Assembly: GCA_963787285.1 (NCBI GenBank)
Contig: CAWBCM010000013.1
Span: 137,265 to 201,264 of the forward strand
Length of the DNA: 64,000 nucleotides
Origin: an uncultured Acidimicrobiales bacterium
GTDB taxonomy: Bacteria > Actinomycetota > Acidimicrobiia > Acidimicrobiales > JAHEJN01
Direction of reading: 5' to 3'
Below, in pieces: positions 10,402-22,676 of this stretch. Positions within the stretch are counted from its first letter, which is position 1. The number at the start of each line of letters is the position of its first letter. A model generated the notes under the pieces. The model worked only from the letters and a program-made list of their open reading frames with translations. It did not search any database and was not told where the DNA came from. Made by a program: the position numbers and the translations under genes.

Positions 10402-11504
10402 ATGACACGCGTGATCGAAGGCGTCGAGGTGGCCGAGCTCTACACCTCCGCCGACCGGCCTGCGCCATTGGCCGGAGCCGACAGCGGACGCTCGGCTCGG
10501 CGTTGGCAGATCCGTCAGCGTCACGCCGGTGCCGATCCGGGGTCGGTCAACGCCTCGGTTCTCGACGACCTGATCGGCGGCGTCGAGGCCATCGAGCTGC
10601 ACGGTCTCGACGCCGGCGACATCAAGGCGGCATTGGCCGGGGTCGAGCTCGACATCGCCCCCATCTCGCTGTCGCCCGACGCCGACGGATCCGGCGCCTG
10701 GGCGTTGATGGGTCTGTGGGCCGACGAGGTCGCCGACGACGCCTGCGCCGGCGCCTTCGGCATCGATCCGCTGGGTGCCGGAGCCGCGCTCGATCCTGTC
10801 GCGGCGGCGGCGCTGGTCGCGGCGGCCACAGTGAGCGTCGAACGGTTCCCGCAGGTCCGCTCGGTCGGCGTCGACGCCTCGAGATACCTCGAAGCGGGCC
10901 ACGCGCTCGAGCTGGGCTTCTCGCTCGCCACCGCCGTCGAGTACCTGCGGGCCCTCGACGAGGGTGGTCTCGGCATCGACGACGCGGTCGGGGAATTCGA
11001 GTTCACCTACGGCGTCACCGCCGATCAGTTCGTCTCCATCGCGAAACTCCGCGCCGCCCGTGGGTTGTGGCACCGAGTGGTCGGCGTGTGCGGCGGCGAT
11101 CCCGGCCGAGCCCGCCAACGTCAGCGAGCGGTCACCGCGCCGCCTCGTGGCGAGGACCCGTGGAGTGACGTGCTGCGGGCGACGACAGCATGTTTCGCCG
11201 CGGGTGTCGGCGGCGCCGACGCGGTGACGGTGCTCCCCTTCGATCACGCAGCGTCGGGCGACTACTCCGCCGGCTTCGCTCGGCGCATGGCCCGCAACAC
11301 CCATCACCTCCTGCTCGACGAAGCCCACGTTGCCGAGGTCGGCAACCCTGCGGCCGGCGCGCCCTTCGTCGAGTCGCTCACCGACGCGTTCGCCCGTCGG
11401 GGCTGGGCCGTGTTGCAGGCCGTCGAGGCGGCAGGAGGCATGGGCGCGGCCCTCGAGTCGGGGTTCGTCGACGACCAGCTGGCCTCGGCGACCGAGGCGG
11501 CATC

Positions 11505-11508
<4 letters not shown>
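10402..11508 (+). CDS. mutA: Methylmalonyl-CoA mutase small (beta) subunit-like protein, short form
   Basis: 368 aa. It shows mutase-fold similarity ([26 protein letters not shown]). Its stop overlaps the GTG start of mutB (GTGA at 11505-11508). No C-terminal B12-binding domain is evident. Confidence 0.7.
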
Positions 11509-13631
<2,123 letters not shown>

Positions 13632-13632
13632 G

Positions 13633-14616
13633 ATGGTCGACATCACCGACCTGTCCGAGGCGGTGCGGTCCGGCGATCGCACCGCAATCGGTCGGGCCAT
13701 CACCCTTGTCGAGTCCGAGCACCGCGAGCATCGGTCCGATGCCGACGCCCTGCTCGTCGCACTCATGCCCTTCAGTGGCAACGCCACGCGTGTCGGGATC
13801 ACCGGACTTCCCGGCGCCGGCAAGAGCACCTTCATCGACGCCCTCGGCACCCAGCTCACCAGCGCCGGAAAGCGGGTGGCGGTGTTGGCGGTCGACCCGT
13901 CGAGCTCGATCCACGGAGGCTCGATCCTCGGCGACAAGACGCGGATGGCGCGACTGTCCAACGATCCGTCGGCCTTCATCCGGCCGTCGCCGTCGTCGGG
14001 AGCCCTCGGCGGGGTCACCCGCCACACGAGAGAGACCATGGTGGTGCTGGAAGCGGCCGGCTACGACGTGGTGCTGGTGGAGACCGTCGGTGTGGGTCAG
14101 TCCGAGACCACGGTGCGCGACATGGTCGACACCTTCGTGGTGTTGGCCATCGGCGGCGCCGGCGACGAGCTCCAGGGCATCAAGAAGGGAGTGCTCGAGC
14201 TGGCCGACATCGTGGTGGTGAACAAGACCGACGGCGACCGCGTCACTGCGGCCGAAACCGCAGCCCGCGACATCACCACCGCCCTCCACCTCGTGACCCC
14301 GCCCACCGCCGCCTGGCAACCGCCGGTTCTCACCGCCAGTGCCCTCCACGAGGAAGGGCTCGACCTCGTGTGGGGCCAGATCGGCCGGCACCGTGACATG
14401 CTGGTGGAGACCGGCCAGCTCGAGGAGCGCCGCCGCCGCCAGCTCGTGCGGTGGATGTGGTCGATGGCCGACCAGGACGTGCTCGAACGGTTCCGCTCAG
14501 ATGCCGGTGTTCGCCGGGTGGGCGCCGAGGTCGAGGCCGCCGTCCTGGCGGGTGAGCTGAGTGCCCCCGAAGCGGCCGAAAGGATCCTGCGGGCCTTCGG
14601 GACGACCGACCGCTGA
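13633..14616 (+). CDS. meaB: Methylmalonyl-CoA mutase-associated G-protein chaperone
   Basis: The ATG at 13633 lies 2 nt after the mutB stop. P-loop GLPGAGKST, ETVGVGQSE, and NKTD (read in the sequence as VVNKTDGD) are present. Confidence 0.9.
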   Translation: MVDITDLSEAVRSGDRTAIGRAITLVESEHREHRSDADALLVALMPFSGNATRVGITGLPGAGKSTFIDALGTQLTSAGKRVAVLAVDPSSSIHGGSILGDKTRMARLSNDPSAFIRPSPSSGALGGVTRHTRETMVVLEAAGYDVVLVETVGVGQSETTVRDMVDTFVVLAIGGAGDELQGIKKGVLELADIVVVNKTDGDRVTAAETAARDITTALHLVTPPTAAWQPPVLTASALHEEGLDLVWGQIGRHRDMLVETGQLEERRRRQLVRWMWSMADQDVLERFRSDAGVRRVGAEVEAAVLAGELSAPEAAERILRAFGTTDR

Positions 14617-14630
14617 GCGGTCGGTGTCGA

Positions 14631-15974
14631 TCACACTCCCGGCAGGGAACGCTGCGGAGCCCGGACTGCGCCGTCGGTCGACAAGCGCCCCACATCGAGC
14701 AACTCGCCCACGAGACGGGCGATGGGGCTGCGTTCGCTGCGGCTGAGGGTGATGTGGGCGAACAACGGGTGACCGCGGAGTCCGGCGATCACGGCGGCCA
14801 CACCGTCGTGGCGGCCGACGTGGAGGTTGTCGCGCTGGGCGACGTCGTGAGTGAGCACCACGCGGCTGTTGTGGCCCAGGCGGGTGAGGGCGGTGAGCAG
14901 CACTCCTCGTTCGAGGTTCTGGGCCTCGTCGATGATCACGAAGGCATCGGTGAGGCTGCGACCCCGGATGTGGGTGAGCGGCAGGACCTCCAACTGCTGG
15001 CGTCCGAGCACCTCGTCGATCACGTTCTCACCCACGATCGCCTCGAGCGCATCGATCACCGCAGCGCTCCACGGCGCCATCTTCTCGGTCTCGTCGCCCG
15101 GCAGGTAGCCGAGGTCTTGGCCGCCCACGGCGTACAGCGGCCGGAAGACCAACACCTTGCGATGGGTGCGGCGTTCGAGCACCGCCTCGAGCCCGGCGGC
15201 GAGGGCGAGAACGCTCTTGCCGGTTCCGGCGTTGCCTCCGAGCGACACGATCCCGATGCTGTCGTCGGCCAGCAGATCGATGGCGACGCGCTGTTCGGCG
15301 TTGCGGCCTCGCACGTCGAACAGCGCACCGTGGGGGCTGATGAGCTTCACGGTGCCGTCGGCGGTCACTCGTCCGAGCGCCGATTGCGAGCCCGAGGTCA
15401 GCGCCACACCGGTGTGCACGGGCAGGCCCTGCGCCAGGTCGATGTCGGCGATGCCGTCGGCGAAGAGATCGTCGATGTCGAGGGAGTCGACGTCGAAGCT
15501 GAAGAACCCCGACCACTCCGGACCCGAGCTGAGCTCGTTGCGGTACTCCTCGGCTTCGAGACCGACGACGGCAGCTTTGAGCCGCAGCGGCAGGTCCTTC
15601 GAGACCAGGACGACACGTCCGTCCTCTCGGTCGAGGTTGTAGGCAACGGTGAGAATACGCGAGTCGTTCGACCCGTCGTTGAACGCCTCGGGCAGACCCA
15701 ACGGATCGACATGGTTCAGCTCGACGCGGAGGGTGCCACCCTCGGCCGCGATGGGTACCGGGCGGTCGAGGCCGCCGCCGGCGATCCGGATCGACTCGAG
15801 CGAGCGCAGTGCGGTGCGCGCGGCCCAGCCGAGATCGGGATGGTGCCGCTTGGCCTCGAGCTCGGTGAGCACGACCACGGGGAGGACGACATCGTTGTCC
15901 TCGAATCGGAAGAGCGCATTCGGATCGGCCAGGAGAACCGACGTGTCGAGAACATACGTTGTCGTAGAGGTCAT
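14631..15974 (-). CDS. PIN-domain / PhoH-like ATPase fusion protein (PhoH2 type)
   Basis: N-terminal PIN ([12 protein letters not shown]...VVLTELE) followed by a PhoH P-loop ([15 protein letters not shown]). ATG at 15974. Confidence 0.85.
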   Translation of the reverse strand: MTSTTTYVLDTSVLLADPNALFRFEDNDVVLPVVVLTELEAKRHHPDLGWAARTALRSLESIRIAGGGLDRPVPIAAEGGTLRVELNHVDPLGLPEAFNDGSNDSRILTVAYNLDREDGRVVLVSKDLPLRLKAAVVGLEAEEYRNELSSGPEWSGFFSFDVDSLDIDDLFADGIADIDLAQGLPVHTGVALTSGSQSALGRVTADGTVKLISPHGALFDVRGRNAEQRVAIDLLADDSIGIVSLGGNAGTGKSVLALAAGLEAVLERRTHRKVLVFRPLYAVGGQDLGYLPGDETEKMAPWSAAVIDALEAIVGENVIDEVLGRQQLEVLPLTHIRGRSLTDAFVIIDEAQNLERGVLLTALTRLGHNSRVVLTHDVAQRDNLHVGRHDGVAAVIAGLRGHPLFAHITLSRSERSPIARLVGELLDVGRLSTDGAVRAPQRSLPGV

Positions 15975-16060
15975 GTTGTTCTCGACGCTAAACCATCGCG
16001 AACGACAACCGTGTGATTTGGAGATGAAGGTTCGGTGACAACGGACCGAAAACAGTCGAC

Positions 16061-16082
16061 GCCCGGTGCCGAAGCACCGGGC
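16061..16082 (-). terminator. Candidate intrinsic terminator after nrdB
   Basis: Perfect 9-bp stem GCCCGGTGC / GCACCGGGC with a 4-nt loop, 39 nt downstream of the nrdB stop. On the minus strand a TGTTTTC stretch follows 6 nt after the stem, so the U-tract is not canonical. Confidence 0.5.
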
Positions 16083-16120
16083 GCAGACCGGGAGTGTTGG
16101 GGAGGTGGGATCTGTAGTGG

Positions 16121-17200
16121 CTAGAACTCTTCGTCGAAGGCGACGTCGCCCTCGACGCCGACCTGGTAGGCCGACACGGTGCGTTCGAAGAAGTTGGTCA
16201 GCTCCTGCACGTCCTGGAGCTCCATGAAGCTGAACGGGTTCTTCACGCCGAACTGCTTGGGCAGGCCGAGCTGGACAAGGCGTTGGTCGGCGACGAACTG
16301 CAGGTAGGTGCGGGTGTCGGCGATGCTCATGCCGGGGATGCCCTCGCCGAGAACGTCGGCCGCGAACTGCAGCTCGCAGTCGATGGCCTCGTTCATCATG
16401 TCGAGGATCGAGGCTTCGAGTTCGGCATCGAAGAGGTCGGGCTCCTCGGCGCGAACGGTGTTCACCACCTCGAAGGCGAAGTTCATGTGGCAGCTCTCGT
16501 CGCGGAACACCCAGTTGGTCCCCGCGGCAAGCCCATTGAGGAGTCCCTTGCTGCGCAGGAAGTACACATAGGCGAAGGCCGCGAAGAAGAACAGGCCCTC
16601 GATACAGGCGGCGAAGCAGATGAGGTTGAGCAGGAAGCGCTGGCGGTCCTCGCGGGTGTGCAGCTCGTCGAGGTCGTCGATCGAGCCGATCCACTTGAAA
16701 CAGAACTCGCCCTTCTTGCGAATCGAGGGGATGTTCTCGATGGCGGCGAAGGCGGCTTCGCGCTCTTTGATGTCGGGGATGTAGTTGTCGAGCAGCGTGA
16801 GGTAGAACTGCACGTGCAGTGCCTCTTCGTAGAGCTGGCGGCTCAGGTACATGCGGGCTTCGGGTGCATTGATGTGCTTGTACAGGTTCAGGACGAGGTT
16901 GTTGGCCACGATCGAGTCGCCGGTGGCGAAGAACGCCACGAGTCGCCCGATGAGGTGCTTCTCGGCCGGCATCAGCTTGCGATCGAGGTCGACCAGGTCG
17001 TCGCTGAAGTCGATCTCGTCGACGGTCCAGGTGTTCTTGATCGCATCCTGGTACATCGCGAAGAACGCCGGATACCGCATGGGGCGCAACGTCAGCTCGA
17101 ACCCGGGGTCGAGGATGTTGGTGTTGCGGGCCTGAACGGCCGCGCCCGCCTCGGTGATGACCGATTCGGGTTCGTGGATGACGGGTTCGGTGAGGGCCAT
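16121..17200 (-). CDS. nrdB: Ribonucleoside-diphosphate reductase beta subunit (class I R2)
   Basis: 359 aa. Diiron and radical motifs are present: GDS ligand, EEALHVQFY (Glu/His ligands with Tyr at the radical position), and ESCHMNF. Confidence 0.9.
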   Translation of the reverse strand: MALTEPVIHEPESVITEAGAAVQARNTNILDPGFELTLRPMRYPAFFAMYQDAIKNTWTVDEIDFSDDLVDLDRKLMPAEKHLIGRLVAFFATGDSIVANNLVLNLYKHINAPEARMYLSRQLYEEALHVQFYLTLLDNYIPDIKEREAAFAAIENIPSIRKKGEFCFKWIGSIDDLDELHTREDRQRFLLNLICFAACIEGLFFFAAFAYVYFLRSKGLLNGLAAGTNWVFRDESCHMNFAFEVVNTVRAEEPDLFDAELEASILDMMNEAIDCELQFAADVLGEGIPGMSIADTRTYLQFVADQRLVQLGLPKQFGVKNPFSFMELQDVQELTNFFERTVSAYQVGVEGDVAFDEEF

Positions 17201-17229
17201 GGAGATCGTTCCTTGTCGCTAGTGGCCGG

Positions 17230-19707
17230 CTACTGACAGGCTTCGCAGGATTCGGGGTTCTCGAGCGAACAGGCCAGCGCCTCGTCGTCGGTGAACGACT
17301 TCGGTGCCGCCTGGGGCTCGCCACCGTCGGTGGGCGCCTCGGTGGTGGTCTTGTTGATGCGGGTGGCCGGGCGAGATCGTAGGTAGTAGGTGGTTTTCAG
17401 GCCCTGCTTCCAGGCGTACATGTACATGGAGCTGAGCTTGCCGATGGTGGGCGACTCCATGAACAGGTTGAGGCTCTGGCTCTGGTCGATGAAGGCGCCA
17501 CGATCGGCGCCCATCTCGAGCAGCGCCCTCTGGGGGATCTCCCACGCCGTGCGGTAGATCTCCTTCAGGTCTTCGGGCATGCGGGGCACGTCTTGCACCG
17601 AGCCCTCGCTGCGCTTGAGGTCGCTGATCATCGTGTCGTCCCAGAGGCCACGGGCCTGGAGCTCTTTGACCAGGTACCGGTTGATCTGCATGAACTCGCC
17701 CGAGAGCGTCTCGCGCTTGAACAGGTTCGACACCTGGGGTTCGATGCACTCGTAGCAGCCGGTGATGCTGGCGATGGTGGCGGTGGGGGCGATGGCGATG
17801 AGCAGCGAGTTGCGCAGGCCGACCTCGGCGATACGGGCTCGCAGGGCGTCCCAGCGCTGGATGTCGGTGGGCGTGACACCCCAGAGGTCGAACTGGAGCC
17901 GGCCTTTGGCCGCCTTGGTGTCGGCGAATCCGGGGTGCGGGCCGCTGGTCTCGGCGAGGTCGGCCGACGCCGCAAGGGCGTTGAAGTAGATCTCCTCGCT
18001 GATGCGGGCCGAGATCACCCGTGCCTCGGCGGAGTCGAAGGCCAGGCCCAGCTTGAAGAACACGTCCTGGAGGCCCATGAGGCCGAGGCCGACGGGCCGC
18101 CAGCGCGAGTTCGAGGTCCCGGCTTCGTCGGTGGGGTAGTAGTTGATGTCGATCACCCGGTCGAGGAACGGGACGACCTGGCGCACGACCTGGCCCAGGC
18201 GGTCGTAGTCGACCTCGCCCGCCTCGGTGTTCACGAACGCTCCGAGGTTGAGTGACCCGAGGTTGCACACCGCGGTCTCGTCCTGGCTCGTGACCTCGAT
18301 GATCTCGGTGCAGAGGTTCGACAGGTGAACGGTGCGCGGCGTGCCGTCGGCATCGACGCCGCTCTGGTTGCACTTCTCGTTCGACGAGTCCTTGAACGTC
18401 ATCCAGCCGTTGCCGGTCTGGGCGAGCGTGCGCATCATGCGCTGGTACAGGTCGCGGGCGGGGACCTGTCGCTCGTAGAGGCCGGCTTCCTCGGCGTCGT
18501 GGTAGGCCGCCTCGAACTCGGCGCCGTAGAGGTCGGTGAGGTGGGGCACCTTCTTGGGATCGAACAGGCTCCACTGCCAGTCGTTCTCGACCCGTTTCAT
18601 GAACAGGTCGGGGACCCAGTTGGCGATGTTGAGGTTGTGGGCCCGGCGGGCGGCGTCGCCCGTGTTCTCCTTGAGCTCGAGGAAGTCGTCGATGTCGGCG
18701 TGCCACGTCTCGAGATAGACGCAGGCGGCGCCCTTGCGGCGACCGCCCTGGTTCACTGCGGCCACCGAGCTGTCGAGGGTCTTCAGCCACGGCACGATGC
18801 CGTTCGACAGCCCGTTGGTGCCCTGGATGAGGCTGCCCTTGGAGCGCACCCGGCTCCAGGCGACGCCGATGCCGCCGGCAAACTTCGAGAGGCGGGCGAT
18901 GTCGGTGTAGCGCTTGTAGATGCCTTCGAGGCTGTCGTCGGGCGAGTCGAGCAGGTAGCAGCTCGACATCTGCGGGTGGGCGGTGCCGGAGTTGAACAAT
19001 GTCGGCGAGCTGGGGAGGTAGGCCAACGACGACATGAGGTCGTAGAAGGCGATGGCCTCGTCGGCGTTGGTCGCCAGGCCGCACGCGACCCTCAGGAAGA
19101 AGTACTGCGGGGTCTCGATGACCTGACGATTCTCCGGGTGGCGCAGGAGGTAGCGGTCATAGACCGTGCGCAGGCCGAAGAACTCGAAGAGGCGGTTGCG
19201 GTCGGAGCTGATGGCGGCGTTGAGGGCCGGGGCGTTGGCCTCGACGAAGGCCGCGGTCTCCTCGCCGATGAGGCCCAGCTTGTGCCCGACCGAGATCGAC
19301 TCGCTGAACCACGGGATGTTCTGGTTGCGGACCTCCTTGTCGACGTAGGTGGCCAACAGGCGGGCGGCGAGCTTGGAGTAGGTGGGCTCCTCGATGATGA
19401 GGCCGGCAGCGGTGCGGATCGACAACTCGTCGAGCTCCTGGGTGGTGGCGCCGTCGGCGAGGGCCGAGATCGTACGGGTGGCCACCCGCATGGGATCGAC
19501 GCCGAGCAGACCCTCCCCGCAGCGGGCGATGGCGTTCACGATCTTGTTCACGTCGACGGGCTCGAGGGTGCCGTTGCGCTTCCTGACCCGCATGCCCACC
19601 TGGGCGTCGTCGCGCAGATCGATGCTGTCGTCGCTCAGTTTCAGACCCGTGCGAGCGGTCGAGGTGTCGGTTTCCTCGCCGATGGCCGTGTTCTGGGTGA
19701 TCGCCAC
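17230..19707 (-). CDS. nrdA: Ribonucleoside-diphosphate reductase alpha subunit (class I R1) with N-terminal ATP-cone
   Basis: 825 aa. ATP-cone ([16 protein letters not shown]), active-site NLCTEI, and a C-terminal redox Cys pair (ESCEACQ). GTG start with GGGAG upstream. Confidence 0.93.
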   Translation of the reverse strand: MAITQNTAIGEETDTSTARTGLKLSDDSIDLRDDAQVGMRVRKRNGTLEPVDVNKIVNAIARCGEGLLGVDPMRVATRTISALADGATTQELDELSIRTAAGLIIEEPTYSKLAARLLATYVDKEVRNQNIPWFSESISVGHKLGLIGEETAAFVEANAPALNAAISSDRNRLFEFFGLRTVYDRYLLRHPENRQVIETPQYFFLRVACGLATNADEAIAFYDLMSSLAYLPSSPTLFNSGTAHPQMSSCYLLDSPDDSLEGIYKRYTDIARLSKFAGGIGVAWSRVRSKGSLIQGTNGLSNGIVPWLKTLDSSVAAVNQGGRRKGAACVYLETWHADIDDFLELKENTGDAARRAHNLNIANWVPDLFMKRVENDWQWSLFDPKKVPHLTDLYGAEFEAAYHDAEEAGLYERQVPARDLYQRMMRTLAQTGNGWMTFKDSSNEKCNQSGVDADGTPRTVHLSNLCTEIIEVTSQDETAVCNLGSLNLGAFVNTEAGEVDYDRLGQVVRQVVPFLDRVIDINYYPTDEAGTSNSRWRPVGLGLMGLQDVFFKLGLAFDSAEARVISARISEEIYFNALAASADLAETSGPHPGFADTKAAKGRLQFDLWGVTPTDIQRWDALRARIAEVGLRNSLLIAIAPTATIASITGCYECIEPQVSNLFKRETLSGEFMQINRYLVKELQARGLWDDTMISDLKRSEGSVQDVPRMPEDLKEIYRTAWEIPQRALLEMGADRGAFIDQSQSLNLFMESPTIGKLSSMYMYAWKQGLKTTYYLRSRPATRINKTTTEAPTDGGEPQAAPKSFTDDEALACSLENPESCEACQ

Positions 19708-19895
19708 TTCTCACTCCCGTTGTTGCGTTTGCGGTCGACGTTGTGGGTGGCGGTGGGCCGCCCGTGGAATACGTTTGGGCTCGGGACCGCTTTCTGCGGT
19801 ACCGGGCAGGCTTGCGCGCCGTCGATTCAACCGGTCTGCGGTCCGACCCTCGAACCCCTCGCTTGACACAAGCGAATGGGTCGCCCCCGGACACG

Positions 19896-19915
19896 CACCA
19901 CAACCGGTTGTGGTG
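19896..19915. promoter_or_regulatory. Perfect 20-bp palindrome in the nrdAB leader, NrdR-box-like arms
   Basis: CACCACAACCGGTTGTGGTG. The arms ACAA....TTGT match the outer positions of the NrdR box consensus I remember (acaCwAtATaTwGtgt), but the centre is GC-rich instead of AT-rich. Confidence 0.4.
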
Positions 19916-19926
19916 ACGGATGTGTA

Positions 19927-19955
19927 ATTACAGCCGCGGAATTACGACGGCGCAA
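19927..19955 (-). promoter_or_regulatory. Candidate sigma70-type promoter for nrdAB
   Basis: On the minus strand: TTGCGC, 17 nt, TGTAAT, placed just upstream of the palindrome at 19896-19915. By-eye match only. Confidence 0.3.
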
Positions 19956-20059
19956 GTTCTCTGGGCAGAAAATCCGAGATTTCTCGCAAACGGGCTGCTC
20001 GCTGCCCTCTCGGTGGCGGTCCGGAGTAGCGCATCGGTCCCGGATTCGGGCGGTGGCGA

Positions 20060-20680
20060 TCAGTCGAGGGTGACGACCCGTTCCACCGAGGGCACCGCAT
20101 CGTGGTCGGCGTGGCTCACCCACACCGTGGTCGCGATCTGGGTGGCGATGAGATGACGCAGCTCGGCGCGGACCCCGCTGTCGACCGCCGACAGCGGCTC
20201 GTCGACCAAGAGGATGGGTCGCTGCGGGGCGAGGGCCCGAGCCAGCCCCACCCGCTGTGCCTGTCCGCCGGAGAGCTCGGCGGGCCGTCGATGGGCGAGG
20301 TCGGCCGCACCGGTGCTCTCCAGCGCCTGGAGCGCACGGGCTCGCCGGCTCGATCCGTCGACCCCGTCGGCGCGGAGTCCGAACATCACGTTGGACAACA
20401 CGTCGAGATGGCCGAACAGTCGCGGCTCCTGGAACGCCATGGCCACCGGCCGCTGGTGGGCCGCGACGAAGCGCTCGCTGCCGCGGTCGTCGACCACCAC
20501 GTCGCCGAGGCGGACGGAGCCGTCGACCATCGCATCGAGCCCCGCCAGGGTCCGCAACAGCGTGGTCTTGCCGGCACCATTGGGCCCGCGCACCATCACC
20601 GTGGCGCCCGACTCCACGCAAATCTCCATCGGCGCCCGGAAGTCACCCCGCCCGATCACGCCATCGAGTTCGATCTGCAT
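20060..20680 (-). CDS. modC: ABC transporter ATP-binding protein (molybdate/sulfate type), short form without C-terminal TOBE domain
   Basis: Walker A GPNGAGKTT, signature LSGGQAQRV, Walker B LLVDEP. The start ATG shares one nucleotide with the modB stop (TGATG at 20678-20682). Confidence 0.8.
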   Translation of the reverse strand: MQIELDGVIGRGDFRAPMEICVESGATVMVRGPNGAGKTTLLRTLAGLDAMVDGSVRLGDVVVDDRGSERFVAAHQRPVAMAFQEPRLFGHLDVLSNVMFGLRADGVDGSSRRARALQALESTGAADLAHRRPAELSGGQAQRVGLARALAPQRPILLVDEPLSAVDSGVRAELRHLIATQIATTVWVSHADHDAVPSVERVVTLD

Positions 20681-21465
20681 CAGCGTGCTCCGAGGCGGCC
20701 GCGTAGCGCGAAGAGCACGCCGAAGGCGACGACCAACAGCAGCAGGCTGAGGGCGAGCGCGGCCTCGGGGTCCGATTCGAGGGCGACGAAAGTGGCCACG
20801 GGAAGCGTCTGGGTGCGGCCCGGAAGGTTCCCGGCGAAGGTGATCGTGGCCCCGAACTCGCCGAGAGCCCGGGCCCACGTGAGTGCGGCCCCCGCGGCCA
20901 GCGCACCGCGGAGCCGGGGCAGGGTCACCCGCCACAACGTGGCCGCGGGACCGGCACCGAGGGTGGCGGCGGCCTCCTCGGGGTCGGTGCCTGCCTGCCG
21001 AAGGGCGGTCTCCACGCTGAGGACGAAGAACGGCATGGCCACGAAGGTGGCGGCCACCACGGCACCAACCGTCGAGAAGGCGAGCTGGACGCCGAACCAG
21101 CGGTCGAGCCAACCGCCCACCAGGCCGCGCCGGCCGAGCGCGAACAGCAGGGCGGTACCGCCGACGACGGGGGGCAACACCATCGGGAGCAGGACCAGGG
21201 TGCGCACGAACCGGATCCCACGGAATTCGTGCCGGGCGAGCAGGAGGGCGATCGGCAGACCCAGCGCGACCGACGCGGCGGTGGCCGCAACGCTCACGGT
21301 GAGCGATACGCGCAGCGCGTCGCGAACGGTTGCCGTACCCAGCAACTCGATCAGCTCGGACCACGGCATTCGTTGGAGCAGGCCGACCAACGGCAGCGCC
21401 AGCGCGACGAGCCCGACGGTTGCGGTGACCGGTAGCCACCTCGGTGGGGGAGCCGGGGGCTTCAC
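20680..21465 (-). CDS. modB: Molybdate ABC transporter permease
   Basis: 261 aa with 5-6 TM segments. CysT/ModB-type EAA loop (ALGEFGATITFAGN). Confidence 0.85.
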   Translation of the reverse strand: MKPPAPPPRWLPVTATVGLVALALPLVGLLQRMPWSELIELLGTATVRDALRVSLTVSVAATAASVALGLPIALLLARHEFRGIRFVRTLVLLPMVLPPVVGGTALLFALGRRGLVGGWLDRWFGVQLAFSTVGAVVAATFVAMPFFVLSVETALRQAGTDPEEAAATLGAGPAATLWRVTLPRLRGALAAGAALTWARALGEFGATITFAGNLPGRTQTLPVATFVALESDPEAALALSLLLLVVAFGVLFALRGRLGAR

Positions 21466-22184
21466 GGCGCACCGAAGCCGGCGGCCATCAGTGTCGGTTC
21501 GGCCCCGGAGCCGACGAGGAAGGTCAGGAAGCGGTCGGCCGGCGCATCGGCGGCTGTGGCCGCCGCGAGCGCCGCCGGATACAGGTTGGTGACGCGAACG
21601 TCGCCGCCGGCGTCGAGGGCCACCAGGTCCTCGCCGGCACGAGCGAGGTCGGTGGCGTAGACCACGCCGGCGTCGACCTCATCCAACTGGAGCTTGGTGA
21701 GCACGCCCAACACGTTGCTCTCGAAGGTGACCGGTTCGACGGCGATGCCGAGCTCCTCGAAGAGCTGGGTGGCCGCTCGTCCGCACGGCACCTCGGGCGC
21801 GCAGACGGCCAGGGTGAGCCGACCGAGGTCGGCGAGCGGGGTGTCGGCGACGTCGGCGCGGCCGACGAGCAGGGCATCGTTGGTGGCGAAGACCGTCGGC
21901 GCGCCGATCTCACCGGTTGCCTCGACGCGGTCCATCGTTGCCTGATCGGCCAGGGCGATGACGTCGAACTCGATGCCCGCCTCGACCTGCGCGGCAAGCG
22001 AGGCGCTGCCGCCGTACACCACCTCGATCTCGACGTCGGTGTTGGCCATCTCGAAGTCGTCGACGATGTCGACCATCACGTCGGTGAGCGACGAGGCGGC
22101 GAGCACCCGCACGGTCGGTGCATCGGCGCCGCAGCCCGCCGCGGCCAGCACGACGAAGCCGGCCAGGCCGGCGAGCCGGTTCAT
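21462..22184 (-). CDS. modA: Molybdate ABC transporter substrate-binding lipoprotein
   Basis: Lipobox LAAAGC near the N-terminus. ModA-like body (ASSL.D....F, VYATD). 4-nt ATGA overlaps on both sides. Confidence 0.85.
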   Translation of the reverse strand: MNRLAGLAGFVVLAAAGCGADAPTVRVLAASSLTDVMVDIVDDFEMANTDVEIEVVYGGSASLAAQVEAGIEFDVIALADQATMDRVEATGEIGAPTVFATNDALLVGRADVADTPLADLGRLTLAVCAPEVPCGRAATQLFEELGIAVEPVTFESNVLGVLTKLQLDEVDAGVVYATDLARAGEDLVALDAGGDVRVTNLYPAALAAATAADAPADRFLTFLVGSGAEPTLMAAGFGAP

Positions 22185-22578
22185 CTCGGTCGTTCGATGA
22201 CCACGTTGGTGGACTTCACCGCGGCCACTGCAACGACGCCGGGCTCGAGGCCCAACTCCTGGACGGCCTCGGCGGTGAGCAGTGAGACGATCCGGTGCGG
22301 TCCGGCCTGGATCTCGACCTGAGCCGAGACCTCGTTGCTGATCACCCGGGTGACGATCCCGGTGAACCGGTTCCGAGCCGACAGGACGGCCTGGTGCTCG
22401 TCGTGGTGGTCTTCCTCCGCGATCGACTGGGCCCGGGCGGCCAGATCGACACCCGCGATGAGCCGGTGTCCGCCTGCGGTGCGCCGGGCGGGAGCGCGCC
22501 GTCGTCGATCCATCGGCGCACGGTGTCGACGCTCACCCCCAGCAGCTGGGCGGCCTGGCCTATCCGAAACTCGCTCAT
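22181..22578 (-). pseudogene. HTH (excisionase/MerR-like) + TOBE/Mop molybdate-sensing regulator, reading frame broken once
   Basis: The N-terminal HTH MSEFRIGQAAQLLGVSVDTVRRWIDDGALP (frame of ORF 22342..22638) continues as ARRTAGGHRLIAGVDL...LSARNRFTGIVTRV...VKSTNVVIE (TOBE) in the frame of ORF 22181..22513. The switch lies at about 22480-22500 in a GC-rich stretch. Confidence 0.7.
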
Positions 22579-22676
22579 CACAGGAAAAGTATCAAGAATT
22601 CGAAGATTTGAGAGAATTTGTCGGCCGGGGAGAAGCATCCACGTCTCGGGGGCCGACGATTCCTAGCGTTGGGCCC

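Noticed and set aside
16121-17200. Class Ic (radical-Tyr-less) R2 subunit
   Set aside because: The EEALHVQFY motif keeps Tyr at the radical position, and the first metal ligand context is GDS (Asp). This is an ordinary class Ia-type R2.
19923-19932. TGTAATTACA palindrome as a second NrdR box
   Set aside because: Its arms do not match the NrdR consensus. It fits better as a -10-like hexamer (TGTAAT) with a TTGCGC -35 element 17 nt upstream.
19708-20059. Cobalamin riboswitch in front of nrdAB, as found before class Ia RNR genes in some actinomycetes
   Set aside because: I could not find a B12 box (AGCCAGGAGACCTGCC-like) or the GCCACTG motif in the right order. Only loose resemblances are present (GGTTGAATCG, GCGGTCCCG). 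I cannot call it without a covariance-model scan.
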